From assembly GCA_965217775.1 (NCBI GenBank), contig CBDCJH010000002.1, positions 3,648,001 through 3,712,000 on the forward strand: 64,000 bases of DNA. The letters run 5' to 3'. The notes beneath the pieces are model-generated. The model ran no database searches and had not been told where the DNA came from. It saw only the letters and a list, made by a program, of their open reading frames with translations. Positions 42,890-52,634 of this stretch are shown piece after piece. Each line of letters opens with the position of its first letter. Position 1 is the stretch's first letter. Source of the stretch: Acidobacteriota bacterium (GTDB taxonomy: Bacteria; Acidobacteriota; UBA6911; RPQK01; JAJDTT01). The translations under genes and the position numbers were made by a program.

Positions 42890-45232
42890 TTGAAGAGTCC
42901 CGAAGAACTGAGACGAGAGAACGAGGTGCTGCGGAACCGCATCTCCAAGCTGAGTGAGGCCAGTCTGCGCATCAGCGCGAGCCTCGAGGTCAGCACCGTC
43001 CTGCGTGAGGTGGTGGAACGCGCCCGCGCGCTGACCGGCGCTCGCTACGGCGGGATTGCGACCATGGACGACTCCGGGCAGTGCGAGGAATTCGTCACCT
43101 CCGGCTTCACCCGCGCCGAGCACCGGCAGATGACAGCCTGGCCGGACGCCTCACGGCTCTTCAAACACTTTCGAGACCTTCCGGGAGTGCTGAGAACCCG
43201 GGAGCTGCACAGCTACGTCCGGTCGCACGGTTTCTCCGCGGACCTGGTGCCGTCGAAGTCCTTCCAGGGGACGCCGATGCATCATCGAGGCTCGCATGTG
43301 GGCAACTTCTTTGTCTGCGGGAAGGAAGACGGGCCGGAGTTCACAAGCGAGGACGAAGAGGTCCTGTTGATATTCGCTGCGCAGGCAGCGACGGCGATCG
43401 CCAATGCCCGAACGCATCGGGACGAACAGCGGGCTCGGGCCGACCTGGAGGTCCTGATCGACACCTCGCCGGTGGGCGTGGTGGTCATGGAGGCCAGAAC
43501 CGTCAAGCCGATATCGTTCAATCGGGAGGCGATGCGGATCGTGGAAGGTCTGCGCACACCGGGTCAATCTCCGGAGCAGTTGCTGGAGGTCGTGACCTGC
43601 CGGTTCGGCGACGGGCGGGAGTTCTCCGCGAGAGATTTCGCGTTGGGAAAAGAGCTGCGCAACGCGACTCAGGTACGCGCCGGGGAGATCGTCCTCCGGG
43701 TCCCCGACGGCCGGAGTGTCACGACGCTGTTCAACGCCTCGCCGGTCCGTTCCGAGGACGGCACGGTCGAGTCCGTGATCGTCACCCTTCAGGACTTGGC
43801 TCCTCTGAAGGAGCTGGAGCAGTTGCGGGCCGAGTTCCTGGGTATGGTGAGCCACGAACTACGGGTTCCGCTGACCTCCATCAAGGGCTCGGCCGCCACC
43901 GCGCTGCGGGCGTCGCCGACGCCGGACCCGGCCGTAGTGCAGCAGTTCCTCCGCATCATCGATGACCAGGCCGATCACATGCACAGCCTGATCGACGATC
44001 TGCTGGATGCGGGTCGCATCGAGGCGGGCACGCTGGCGGTCGGCCCCGAGCCGACGGAGGTGGCCCGCTTGGTGGAACAGGCCAGGAACATGTTCCTGAG
44101 TGGAGAAGGCCGGCACACCGTCCGGATCGACCTGCCGCCGGATCTGCCCCGTGTGATGGCCGACCGCGGCCGCATCGTCCAGGTGTTGACCAACCTCCTG
44201 TCCAACGCGGCCCGGCACTCGCCCGAGTCATCCCCCATCCGGGTTGCCGCGGAGCGGGAGGGCGTTCACGTGGCGATCTCGGTCTCCGACAAAGGCCAAG
44301 GGGTGCCGCTGGATCAGTTGCCGCACCTGTTCCGGAAGTACTCGCGTAGCGGCGGCGATCGCGGGATCAGGGGGACCGGTCTGGGTCTGGCCATCTGCAA
44401 GGGTCTGGTGGAGGCCCACGGGGGGCGCATCCGCGCCGAGAGTGGCGGGGCGGGCCTGGGCACGCGGTTCACCTTCACGATTCCGGTGGCGGAGGACGCC
44501 GCGCCCGGCCTCGCCCGGAGCTCTTCGCGCCCGCCTCGGGAAGAGGGGGAGCGAACCCGCATCCTGGTGGTGGACGACGACCCGCAGACACTCCGCTACG
44601 TTCGCGACGCGCTCGAGGCGGCCGGCTATTCCCCTCTCGTGACGGGCGACCCAGGGAAGGTGTCCCGCCTCATCAAGGAGAAACAACCCCGGCTGGCTCT
44701 GTTGGACCTGATCTTGCCCGGGACCGATGGAATCGAGTTGATGGAGCGCCTCCCCGAGCTGGCCGATCTGCCCGTCATCTTCATCTCCGGATACGGCCGG
44801 GACGAGACGATCGCCCGGGCCCTGGAGGTCGGGGCGGCCGATTACATCGTCAAACCCTTCTCGCCGACGGAATTGGTCGCGAGAGTCCAAGCGGCCCTGC
44901 GCCGGCGCGACGAGCTGCCCGAACCCTTCCGCTCGGGGGACCTGTCCATCCACTACGAGGACCGCCAGGTGGCCGTCGCCGGCCGTCCGGTCCGGTTGAC
45001 GGCCACCGAATACGAGTTGCTGCGAGTGCTCTCGGTCAACGCGGGACGGATCGTGAAGTACGATTCCCTGCTCCGCCAAGTATGGCGCCGAGGGGATTCC
45101 GGCGACCATCGGCGGGTGCGCGCCTTCGTGAAGATGCTCCGCCGCAAGCTGGGCGATAATGCGGCCAGCCCGACCTATATCTTTACCGAGCGCCAAGTCG
45201 GCTACCGGATGGCTCGCCCCAGCGACCTTTGA
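42890..45232 (+). CDS. Hybrid sensor kinase/response regulator: GAF-PAS-HisKA-HATPase-REC-winged helix
   Basis: SHELRVPLT, NLLSNA, D.GQG, GTGLGL, ILVVDDD, KPFSPTEL, LTATEYELL, GYRM; TTG start supported by the paralog at 63395. Confidence 0.93.
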   Translation: MKSPEELRRENEVLRNRISKLSEASLRISASLEVSTVLREVVERARALTGARYGGIATMDDSGQCEEFVTSGFTRAEHRQMTAWPDASRLFKHFRDLPGVLRTRELHSYVRSHGFSADLVPSKSFQGTPMHHRGSHVGNFFVCGKEDGPEFTSEDEEVLLIFAAQAATAIANARTHRDEQRARADLEVLIDTSPVGVVVMEARTVKPISFNREAMRIVEGLRTPGQSPEQLLEVVTCRFGDGREFSARDFALGKELRNATQVRAGEIVLRVPDGRSVTTLFNASPVRSEDGTVESVIVTLQDLAPLKELEQLRAEFLGMVSHELRVPLTSIKGSAATALRASPTPDPAVVQQFLRIIDDQADHMHSLIDDLLDAGRIEAGTLAVGPEPTEVARLVEQARNMFLSGEGRHTVRIDLPPDLPRVMADRGRIVQVLTNLLSNAARHSPESSPIRVAAEREGVHVAISVSDKGQGVPLDQLPHLFRKYSRSGGDRGIRGTGLGLAICKGLVEAHGGRIRAESGGAGLGTRFTFTIPVAEDAAPGLARSSSRPPREEGERTRILVVDDDPQTLRYVRDALEAAGYSPLVTGDPGKVSRLIKEKQPRLALLDLILPGTDGIELMERLPELADLPVIFISGYGRDETIARALEVGAADYIVKPFSPTELVARVQAALRRRDELPEPFRSGDLSIHYEDRQVAVAGRPVRLTATEYELLRVLSVNAGRIVKYDSLLRQVWRRGDSGDHRRVRAFVKMLRRKLGDNAASPTYIFTERQVGYRMARPSDL

Positions 45233-45349
45233 GGGAGGGCCCCGACATTCCTGGTCAGGCTGCGGAAGATAAGGCGAAACAGTGAAGAGGCGCTTTCACC
45301 AGCTCGATATTGGAATCCCGTAATCTCGTCCACCCGGCACCTCCGGCCG

Positions 45350-46243
45350 TCACCTCCGCTTCACCTGACGGGCAATCTCGGGCAGGCTGGCCAGCACCAC
45401 GGCGCCGACCATTTCCAGGTTGGGTCCGGAGAGCTTGTCGAGCGTGTCCGACGGCTTGTGCCAATGGGCGTAGTTGAGGTCGATGAGGTCCACGGCAGGG
45501 ATCCCGGCGCGGAGGAAGGGGAGGTGATCGTCGTCGATGGGGGAAGTGCGTCCCGAGGGCCGGAAGATTCGTTGGTGCCCCAGCCGCGAGCCCTGTTCCC
45601 AGATGATCTTGGTCAACCAAGGAGTGGAGTTCGGTTCCCGGAAGATCCGCAGGTCCTTTCCGCCCACCAGGTCCAACAGGATCATGGCGCCGACGTTGCG
45701 CAGGTTCCCCCGGTCCCCCTCCCGCTTCACGAACTCCCGGCTGCCGTACAGGCTGTCGGCGGAGGTCCAGGTTCCCAGCGCCTCCTCTCCGTCGAAGAAG
45801 ACGAACCAGAAGGTGAGATCGGTGGGGTTGTCCTGGAACAGCACGCGGGCCAACTCCAGGAGCAGGCCGGTACTGGACGCGCCGTCGTTGGCCCCCACGA
45901 ACTCGAAGGTGTCGAAGAACTTGCTGTCGTAGTGGCTGGCCAGGATCAGAACCTTCTCATCGCGGCCGGGAAGAATGCCCCGGATGTTGGTCATAGGCAG
46001 GCGCCCCCGGGGCGTGACCGGACGAAAGGTGTGGGTGTCCACCTGGAGGCCCAGGGCTTCCAGTTGCCCGGCGATGTACTCGCCCACCTTCCGCTGGGCC
46101 TCGGTTCCGGGCGGATGGGGACCGTGGCGCACCATCTCCCGGGTGTGGCGGAGGACCTGAAGGCCGTCGACGCCGGCTCCCTGGCCGCAGCAGACGGCCA
46201 GCGCCAGCAGAGTGAGGAGGCGGATGAAGAGTCCCTTGGACAT
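45350..46243 (-). CDS. M28-family peptidase / glutaminyl cyclase-like exported protein
   Basis: SHYDSK, GANDGASS, FFDGEEA, LDLVG, DDHLPF, WH..SDT. Confidence 0.88.
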   Translation of the reverse strand: MSKGLFIRLLTLLALAVCCGQGAGVDGLQVLRHTREMVRHGPHPPGTEAQRKVGEYIAGQLEALGLQVDTHTFRPVTPRGRLPMTNIRGILPGRDEKVLILASHYDSKFFDTFEFVGANDGASSTGLLLELARVLFQDNPTDLTFWFVFFDGEEALGTWTSADSLYGSREFVKREGDRGNLRNVGAMILLDLVGGKDLRIFREPNSTPWLTKIIWEQGSRLGHQRIFRPSGRTSPIDDDHLPFLRAGIPAVDLIDLNYAHWHKPSDTLDKLSGPNLEMVGAVVLASLPEIARQVKRR

Positions 46244-46404
46244 GTTGTCGGGAGATCCGGTGCGAACACTCGGAGCGAGCGCCCGGCTGGTGCGATGGAG
46301 GACCGGCCGGGACACCGCGCCAGCCGAACTCCGTGGCGACTTTCGCCACGGGCTGCTATCCTACATTGCTCAATTTCGTACTATACCCCAGAAAGGAGCC
46401 GTTC

Positions 46405-48492
46405 ATGAAGGTCTACGACAGCAGGGCAATCCGCAACGTCGGCCTGATCGGTCATGGGGATTCCGGCAAGACCACTCTGGCCAGCGCCATGCTCTACTTG
46501 GCCGGGGCGGTGAACCGCCTGGGTCGAGTGGACGACGGGAACACGGTCACCGACTACGACGACGACGAGATTTCCCGGCAGATCACCATCAACACGGCCG
46601 TCGCCCACTGCGAGTGGGGATCCAGCAAGATCAACCTCATCGACACGCCGGGCTATCCGGCTTTCATCCTGGACGCCAAGTCCTCCCTGATGGGGGCCGA
46701 CTCGGCCCTGCTGGTCGTCGATTCCACGGCCGGAGTGGAGGTGCAGTCGGAGAAGGCGTGGGAGTTCGCCGAAGAGCATCGGCTGGCCCGCGCCGTGGTC
46801 TTCAACAAGCTGGACCGGGACCGGGCCGGCTTCGAGAGAAGCCTGGAGTCGGTTCACAAGTCCTTCGGGCGGACGGTGGTGCCGGTGCAGATTCCCATGG
46901 GCGAGGAGGCGTCCTTCCGGGGGATCATCGACTTGATCGGCGAGAAGGCCTACGTCTGCGAAACGGACGGGAGCGGGAATTTCCAGGAAACGGCCATTCC
47001 GGACGAGCTTCAGGAGGAAGCCGAGCAGCGCCGTGAAGAGCTGATCGAGATGGTGGCCGAGAGCGACGACGATCTGATGGAGAAGTACTTCGAGGAGGGC
47101 ACGCTGACCCAGAGCGAGCTGGTGCAGGGGCTGCGCAGCTTCTTCGTGGACCGGTCCATCGTCCCCGCCTTCTGCGTGTCGGCCGGAAAGAACATGGGAG
47201 TGAAGCAGCTCATGGACGCCATGGTGGAGCTCTTCCCCAATCCCTTGGAGAGGACTCCCGTCCCGGGCCTGACGACGGGATCGGAGGAGGAGGAGGAGGT
47301 CGAGCTTTCCATCTCACCGGACGGCCCCGTCACGGCCTACGTCTTCAAGACTCTGGCCGATCCCTTTGCCGGGCGCATCAACCTGGTGAAGGCGATCACC
47401 GGAACCGTCAAATCGGACTCGAACCTGCGCAACCGGACCGCCGAATCCAACGAACGCCTGGGCGCGGTCCACATCCCCCAGGGAAAGAGCTACGAGCCCG
47501 TGCCGGAACTCCGGCCCGGAGACCTGGGCGCGGTGATGAAGCTGAAGAATACCGCCACCGGCGACACCCTTTCGGAACCCTCGGCCCGCAGCATCGTCCG
47601 CAAGGTGGAGTTTCCCGAGGCCGCGATCAGCTTCGCCGTGGAGCCGAAGTCTCGGGGCGACGAAGACAAGATCGGCAACGCCATCGCCCGGGTGATCGAG
47701 GAGGACCCCTCCATCTCGTTCCGCCGCGAAGCCCAGACCAAGGAGTTTCTGCTCTCCGGCACCGGTCAGCTTCACGTGGAGGTGACGGTGGCCAAGCTGG
47801 AGCGCAAGTACGGCGTCCACGTCATTCTGAAGCCGCCCAAGGTGCCCTATCGGGAGACCATCACCGGAAACGCCGACGTCCACGGGCGGCACAAGAAACA
47901 GACCGGCGGACACGGGCAGTTCGGAGACTGCAAGATCCGGATTGAAGGGCTTCCCCGAGGCTCCGGTTTCGAGTTCGAGAACAAGATCTTCGGCGGGTCC
48001 ATCCCCAGGAATTTCATCCCGGCCGTGGAAAAGGGGATCGTGGAGTCGGCGGAGAGGGGGTTCGTGGCCGGGTATCCGGTGGTGGACTTCAAGGTCACCC
48101 TCTATGACGGCAGCTACCATGAAGTGGACTCCTCCGAGATGGCCTTCAAGATCGCCGGGTCGCTGGCCTTCCGCAAGGCCATGGAACGGGCACGGCCGGT
48201 GCTGTTGGAGCCCATCATGAAGGTGGAGGTCTACGTGCCGGAGGAGAACTCGGGCGACATCATGGGCGACCTGAACTCCCGGCGCGGACGGATCCAGGGC
48301 ATGGACATCAAGACCGGCATGCAGGTGGTCCACGCCGAAGTCCCGCTGGCCGAGATGCTCAACTACGCGCCGACACTGACCTCGGTGACGGGAGGACGGG
48401 GCAGCTTCCACATGGAAAAGTCCCACTACGACATCGTTCCGCCGCACTTCGCCGAAAAGGTGATCGAGGAGGCCAAACGGGACAAGAAGTAG
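46405..48492 (+). CDS. fusA: Elongation factor G paralog (EF-G2-like, outside the str operon)
   Basis: GHGDSGKT, RQITI, DTPG, NKLD, HKKQTGGHGQF, YHEVDSSEMAF. Confidence 0.92.
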   Translation: MKVYDSRAIRNVGLIGHGDSGKTTLASAMLYLAGAVNRLGRVDDGNTVTDYDDDEISRQITINTAVAHCEWGSSKINLIDTPGYPAFILDAKSSLMGADSALLVVDSTAGVEVQSEKAWEFAEEHRLARAVVFNKLDRDRAGFERSLESVHKSFGRTVVPVQIPMGEEASFRGIIDLIGEKAYVCETDGSGNFQETAIPDELQEEAEQRREELIEMVAESDDDLMEKYFEEGTLTQSELVQGLRSFFVDRSIVPAFCVSAGKNMGVKQLMDAMVELFPNPLERTPVPGLTTGSEEEEEVELSISPDGPVTAYVFKTLADPFAGRINLVKAITGTVKSDSNLRNRTAESNERLGAVHIPQGKSYEPVPELRPGDLGAVMKLKNTATGDTLSEPSARSIVRKVEFPEAAISFAVEPKSRGDEDKIGNAIARVIEEDPSISFRREAQTKEFLLSGTGQLHVEVTVAKLERKYGVHVILKPPKVPYRETITGNADVHGRHKKQTGGHGQFGDCKIRIEGLPRGSGFEFENKIFGGSIPRNFIPAVEKGIVESAERGFVAGYPVVDFKVTLYDGSYHEVDSSEMAFKIAGSLAFRKAMERARPVLLEPIMKVEVYVPEENSGDIMGDLNSRRGRIQGMDIKTGMQVVHAEVPLAEMLNYAPTLTSVTGGRGSFHMEKSHYDIVPPHFAEKVIEEAKRDKK

Positions 48493-48613
48493 TAGGAGCG
48501 GCGGCTTTCTTGCCGCCGAATGGGAGCGGCGGCTTTCTTGCCGCCGCACTCCGAATGCAACATAGAGGCACGGAGGAAAATAAGGATGGGCGACAAGAAA
48601 ATCGCCCCTCCCA
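48493..48613. repeat. REP-like palindromes (family 2), copy 2
   Basis: Two GGAGCGGCGGCTTTCTTGCCGCC units and an inverted GGCGACAAGAAAATCGCCCCTCC. Confidence 0.8.
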
Positions 48614-48668
48614 GTCTCTCTCGTAAATTCGCCGGGACGCCGGCCGGTTCGCAAGCTCTTCAAACACC

Positions 48669-49472
48669 ATGTTTCCCAAGCTGTTGGAAATCGGCCCCCT
48701 GACCCTTCACACCTACGGGGCTCTGCTGGCGACCGCCTGCCTGTCGGCCATCTTTCTCTTCGCCCGGCTGGGGGAACGCGACGGCATACCCCGGCAGCGG
48801 AGCTGGGACCTGGGATTCATCATCATCCTCTCGGCCATCGTCGGCGCCAAGCTGCTGATGATCCTCACCAACTGGGAGACCTATCTGGCGCAGGATCCCT
48901 CAAGGTTGTTCACCCTGGGGTTCTGGCAGGCCGGCGGCGTCTACTACGGGGGCTTGCTCGGGGCCATGGCCGGCAGCTATCTCTACGTCCGGCGGCAGCC
49001 GTTCATGGACTTCCGGACGGTGGCGGACGCCGCGGGACCGGCCATCGCCCTGGGACAGACCATCGGGCGTCTGGGCTGTTTCGCCGCCGGGTGCGACTAC
49101 GGGCAACCCTGCTCCCTCCCCTGGGCCGTCACCTTCACCAGCGAGTACGCCCATCGCGTGGTGGGCGTCCCCATCAACGTGGCGCTGCACCCGACCCAGA
49201 TCTACGAGTCGCTGGCGACGTTCATCCTGTTCCTCTTCCTGTTCTGGCTGCACGGGGCGCGGCGCTTCAAGGGACAGGTCTTCGCCGCCTACCTCCTCTG
49301 CTACTCGATCCTGCGCTTCGGCATCGAGTTCTTCCGGGGCGACGCCGACCGGGGCTTCGTGTTCGGAGGAGCCCTCTCCACTTCCCAGTTCATCAGCCTG
49401 CTGCTCGTTCCCTGCGGCCTGCTGCTCTACCGCTACATGAGAAGAAACCCGGTTCCTTCACGCCGTGGTTGA
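48669..49472 (+). CDS. lgt: Prolipoprotein diacylglyceryl transferase
   Basis: GGVYYGG, IGRLGCF, LHPTQIYE, RFGIEFFR. Confidence 0.93.
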   Translation: MFPKLLEIGPLTLHTYGALLATACLSAIFLFARLGERDGIPRQRSWDLGFIIILSAIVGAKLLMILTNWETYLAQDPSRLFTLGFWQAGGVYYGGLLGAMAGSYLYVRRQPFMDFRTVADAAGPAIALGQTIGRLGCFAAGCDYGQPCSLPWAVTFTSEYAHRVVGVPINVALHPTQIYESLATFILFLFLFWLHGARRFKGQVFAAYLLCYSILRFGIEFFRGDADRGFVFGGALSTSQFISLLLVPCGLLLYRYMRRNPVPSRRG

Positions 49473-50427
49473 AACAGACGAGACTCGAACCGAGACCATC
49501 CGCCTCAGGGTGAGCTCCAGCGACGCGGGCCGGCGCCTGGACGCCTACCTGAGCCGCCGCCTCTCCCAGTTCAGCCGCAGCCGTATCCGGCGCTGGGTAG
49601 ACGGCAACCGGGTCCTGGTGCTCGGCCAGGGCCGCAAGCCCAGCTACCGGCTGCGTCCGGGAGACGAGATCCGGGTGGACCCGCCCCCGCCGGAGCCCTC
49701 GCACCTGACGCCGGAACCGATTCCCCTGACCGTGCTCCACGAGGACTCGTGCCTGCTGGTGGTGGACAAGCCGGCGGGACAGGTGGTGCATCCGGGAGCC
49801 GGCAACCGGAGCGGGACTCTGGCCAACGCCCTCGCCTACCATCTGGAGGAGCTGAGCCGGCAGGAGACGGTCAGGCCGGGAATCGTGCACCGGCTGGACA
49901 AAGGGACCTCGGGACTCCTGGTGGTGGCCAAGACGGAGCAGGTACACGATCATCTCTCCGGTCAGTTCGCCCGACGGGAGGTGAAGAAGCGTTACCTGGC
50001 CCTGGTGCACGGCTCGGTGGCGAAGGACCGGGGTGAGATCGACGTGTCCCTGGGGCGCCATCCCCGGTCCCGAACCCGGATCTCGACCCGGACCCGCAAG
50101 CCGCGCCCCGCCCTGACCCGCTACCGGGTGCTCTCGCGGCATCCGGGCTTCACCTGCCTGTCGGTCGCGCCCCACACCGGACGGACGCACCAGATCCGGG
50201 TCCACCTGACTCATCTGGGGCACCCGGTGGTGGGAGACGGCACCTATGGAGGCCGGCGGCTCCGCCGGTTGCCCGATTCGATCCGCGCCTCGGCAATGGT
50301 CCGGATGGGACGCCACTTCCTCCACGCGGCCTCCCTGGCCTTCCTCCACCCCGGCACCGGACGGCGGGTGCGCTTCGAGAGTCCCTTGCCCCCGGAACTT
50401 GAAGGGGTTCTGGGGATTTTGGAATAA
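49465..50427 (+). CDS. rluD: RluA/RluD-family pseudouridine synthase
   Basis: S4 domain, VDKPAG.VVHP, HRLDKGTSG, TGRTHQIRVH. Confidence 0.9.
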   Translation: MVETDETRTETIRLRVSSSDAGRRLDAYLSRRLSQFSRSRIRRWVDGNRVLVLGQGRKPSYRLRPGDEIRVDPPPPEPSHLTPEPIPLTVLHEDSCLLVVDKPAGQVVHPGAGNRSGTLANALAYHLEELSRQETVRPGIVHRLDKGTSGLLVVAKTEQVHDHLSGQFARREVKKRYLALVHGSVAKDRGEIDVSLGRHPRSRTRISTRTRKPRPALTRYRVLSRHPGFTCLSVAPHTGRTHQIRVHLTHLGHPVVGDGTYGGRRLRRLPDSIRASAMVRMGRHFLHAASLAFLHPGTGRRVRFESPLPPELEGVLGILE

Positions 50428-51452
50428 TGAACTCGCTCATGTGCCCAGGCAAGCTGCTCACCCGGATTTTACTCGCCCTGGCCCTGGTCCCGGGCCTCTT
50501 GGCCCAGTCGAGCGCCGAGGCCGGAGACGATCCGCTGGAACCGTTCCGGGTGGAGGTGGAGGCGGTGAACGTCCTGGTGGCGGTCCACCACAAGAAGACG
50601 GGCCGGTTCGTCACGAACCTCTCGCCGCAGCACTTCATCATCAAGGAGGACGGCCGCCGCCAGCAGATCACCAACTTCGCCGCCCAGACGAACCTGCCGC
50701 TGACGATCGCCATCTGCGTGGACGCCAGCGCCAGCGTCCGGCTCAAGCTGGGCTTCGAGAAGGAGGTGGCCACCGACTTCCTCTTCGACGTGATGCGGCC
50801 CACCGACAAGGCGCTGCTGTTGGAATTCGACACCGGGGTGACGCTGCTGCACGACTTCACCTCCAACCCCAACGCGCTGCTGGCCGAGATCGACAACCTC
50901 AGGGCGGGCGGAGGCACCTCCCTTTACGACGCCATCTACCTGATCTCGGAGCAGAAGATGCTTCAGGAGTACGGCCGCAAGACGATCCTGGTCCTCTCGG
51001 ACGGGTCGGACCTGACCAGCGTCCGCACCTTCGACGAGACGCTCCGGATGGCCTATATGGCCGAAGCCACCATCTACGCCATCAGCACCACCCGGTTCGG
51101 GGCGGGTGAGGACGCCAGGGGCGACAAGGCGCTGGAAAAACTGACCGGGAACACCGGTGGCACCGTCTTCTTCCCACATTCCAGCAACAACCTGGCGGAG
51201 GCCTTCAAGACCATCGACCAGGAACTGCGGAGCCAGTACAACCTGACCTACGTCCCCACCAACAAGAAGAAGGACGGCACCCTCCGGAAGATCGAGGTGG
51301 AGGTGAAGGCGGACGACGTCCGGATTCGCCACCGGCGAGGTTACTACGCTCCGTTCGACCCCATGGACAAGTGGAAGCAGCGGGCTCTGGAGTTGGAGCG
51401 GCGGCGGTTCCAGGAGGAGCGGGAGAAGGCGAAGGATACGGGGAAGGAGTAG
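50427..51452 (+). CDS. Exported VWA-domain protein (acidobacterial type)
   Basis: DASAS MIDAS, GGTSLYDAI, LSDGSD, LRSQYNLTYVP, R.RRGYYA. Confidence 0.88.
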   Translation: MNSLMCPGKLLTRILLALALVPGLLAQSSAEAGDDPLEPFRVEVEAVNVLVAVHHKKTGRFVTNLSPQHFIIKEDGRRQQITNFAAQTNLPLTIAICVDASASVRLKLGFEKEVATDFLFDVMRPTDKALLLEFDTGVTLLHDFTSNPNALLAEIDNLRAGGGTSLYDAIYLISEQKMLQEYGRKTILVLSDGSDLTSVRTFDETLRMAYMAEATIYAISTTRFGAGEDARGDKALEKLTGNTGGTVFFPHSSNNLAEAFKTIDQELRSQYNLTYVPTNKKKDGTLRKIEVEVKADDVRIRHRRGYYAPFDPMDKWKQRALELERRRFQEEREKAKDTGKE

Positions 51453-51458
51453 CCCGAG

Positions 51459-52325
51459 TTAGAAGCTCAACTGCGAGACTCGCTCGCGGTGCCTCTCGTT
51501 CCAGAATTCGGCCAGGCTCCGATAGTAACGGGCCTCTTCCATTCGGCCTCGTTTCTCGCACCCCCCTGCCAGGATTTCCGCTTTTCGAACGATCTCCGCG
51601 GCCGTCCAGGCCTCCTGCTGCAGGCTGACGATCCCGCTTTCGACGGTCTTCACCATGGCTCGAATTCGGAAACGGTCCAGTCCCCAGGTGCTCCTCGAGA
51701 GTTGGTCGGCATGGCCGCCGGTCTTGACCAGCAGAGGCCGGTCCACGAAGCAGATGGGGTGGCGGGCGAACATGCGGAGCCAGAGTTCGTAGTCCTCGCA
51801 AACGGGGAACGTCTCGTCGAATACTCCGCATCGATCAAGTAGCTGTCGCGAGATAAGGATGGAACTGGGGCTGATGACACAGCGGGGGAGAGAGTAGCGG
51901 TAGACCCAGCCGCCGTACTTGCGATGGATCTTCTTGGGGTTCACCCGGCGGCCGCGACGGATCCAGATCTCGTCGGAGTGGACGGCGAGGTAGCCTGAAT
52001 GGAACTTCAGCGCCGCAAGCTGAGTCTCCAGCTTCTTGGGAAGCCACGTGTCATCACTGTCGAGGAACGAGATCCAAGGAAATTTCGCCTGCTGAATCCC
52101 CAGATTGCGGGCGGCGCTGACGCCCCGGTGTTCGGTTCGCAGGTACCGGATTCGCGGATCACCGGATTCTGACCAGTCCCAGTACGTGCCGTCGCTGGAA
52201 CCGTCGTCGACGATGAGGAGTTCCCAGTCGCGAAAAGTCTGCGACCGGACTGATTCCACAGCTCCGGCCAGGGTTTTCCGGCGATTGTGGGTGGGAATGA
52301 TGACGCTGACACCTATTATCGGCAC
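51459..52325 (-). CDS. Family 2 glycosyltransferase
   Basis: VSVIIPTHNR, VDDGSSD, SAARNLG, FLDSDD, CEDYELWLR. Confidence 0.92.
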   Translation of the reverse strand: MPIIGVSVIIPTHNRRKTLAGAVESVRSQTFRDWELLIVDDGSSDGTYWDWSESGDPRIRYLRTEHRGVSAARNLGIQQAKFPWISFLDSDDTWLPKKLETQLAALKFHSGYLAVHSDEIWIRRGRRVNPKKIHRKYGGWVYRYSLPRCVISPSSILISRQLLDRCGVFDETFPVCEDYELWLRMFARHPICFVDRPLLVKTGGHADQLSRSTWGLDRFRIRAMVKTVESGIVSLQQEAWTAAEIVRKAEILAGGCEKRGRMEEARYYRSLAEFWNERHRERVSQLSF

Positions 52326-52634
52326 GGATCCCTTTCAGAATTACATGCTCCGCCCCGGCCCGAACTTGATTTTCCCTTACCGGTGGCGTTTACTGGCACC
52401 GTGGCTCACTTGAGCAATCGCCCGCAAAGATTCGGTGAAGTGGAGGTCTGGAGTCAACGGCTCGGCGAAGTCGGTCCAGGACCTCTCTTACTTGGAAACC
52501 CTCGCTAGCCACAACGGATCAACCCCTGATCTATAACTCGGTTGCTCAGCAATCGGTTTGTTCTCTTTCGAAAAGTCGTCTGGCCGGAGTCTCGGGAAAT
52601 CCTCTGTGCCAGTGCAGATCGAAGGAGTGCCTCA

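Noticed and set aside
39222-42900. Complete, autonomous DGR
   Set aside because: I saw no AAC-rich template repeat and no reverse transcriptase ORF anywhere in the window; avd is truncated
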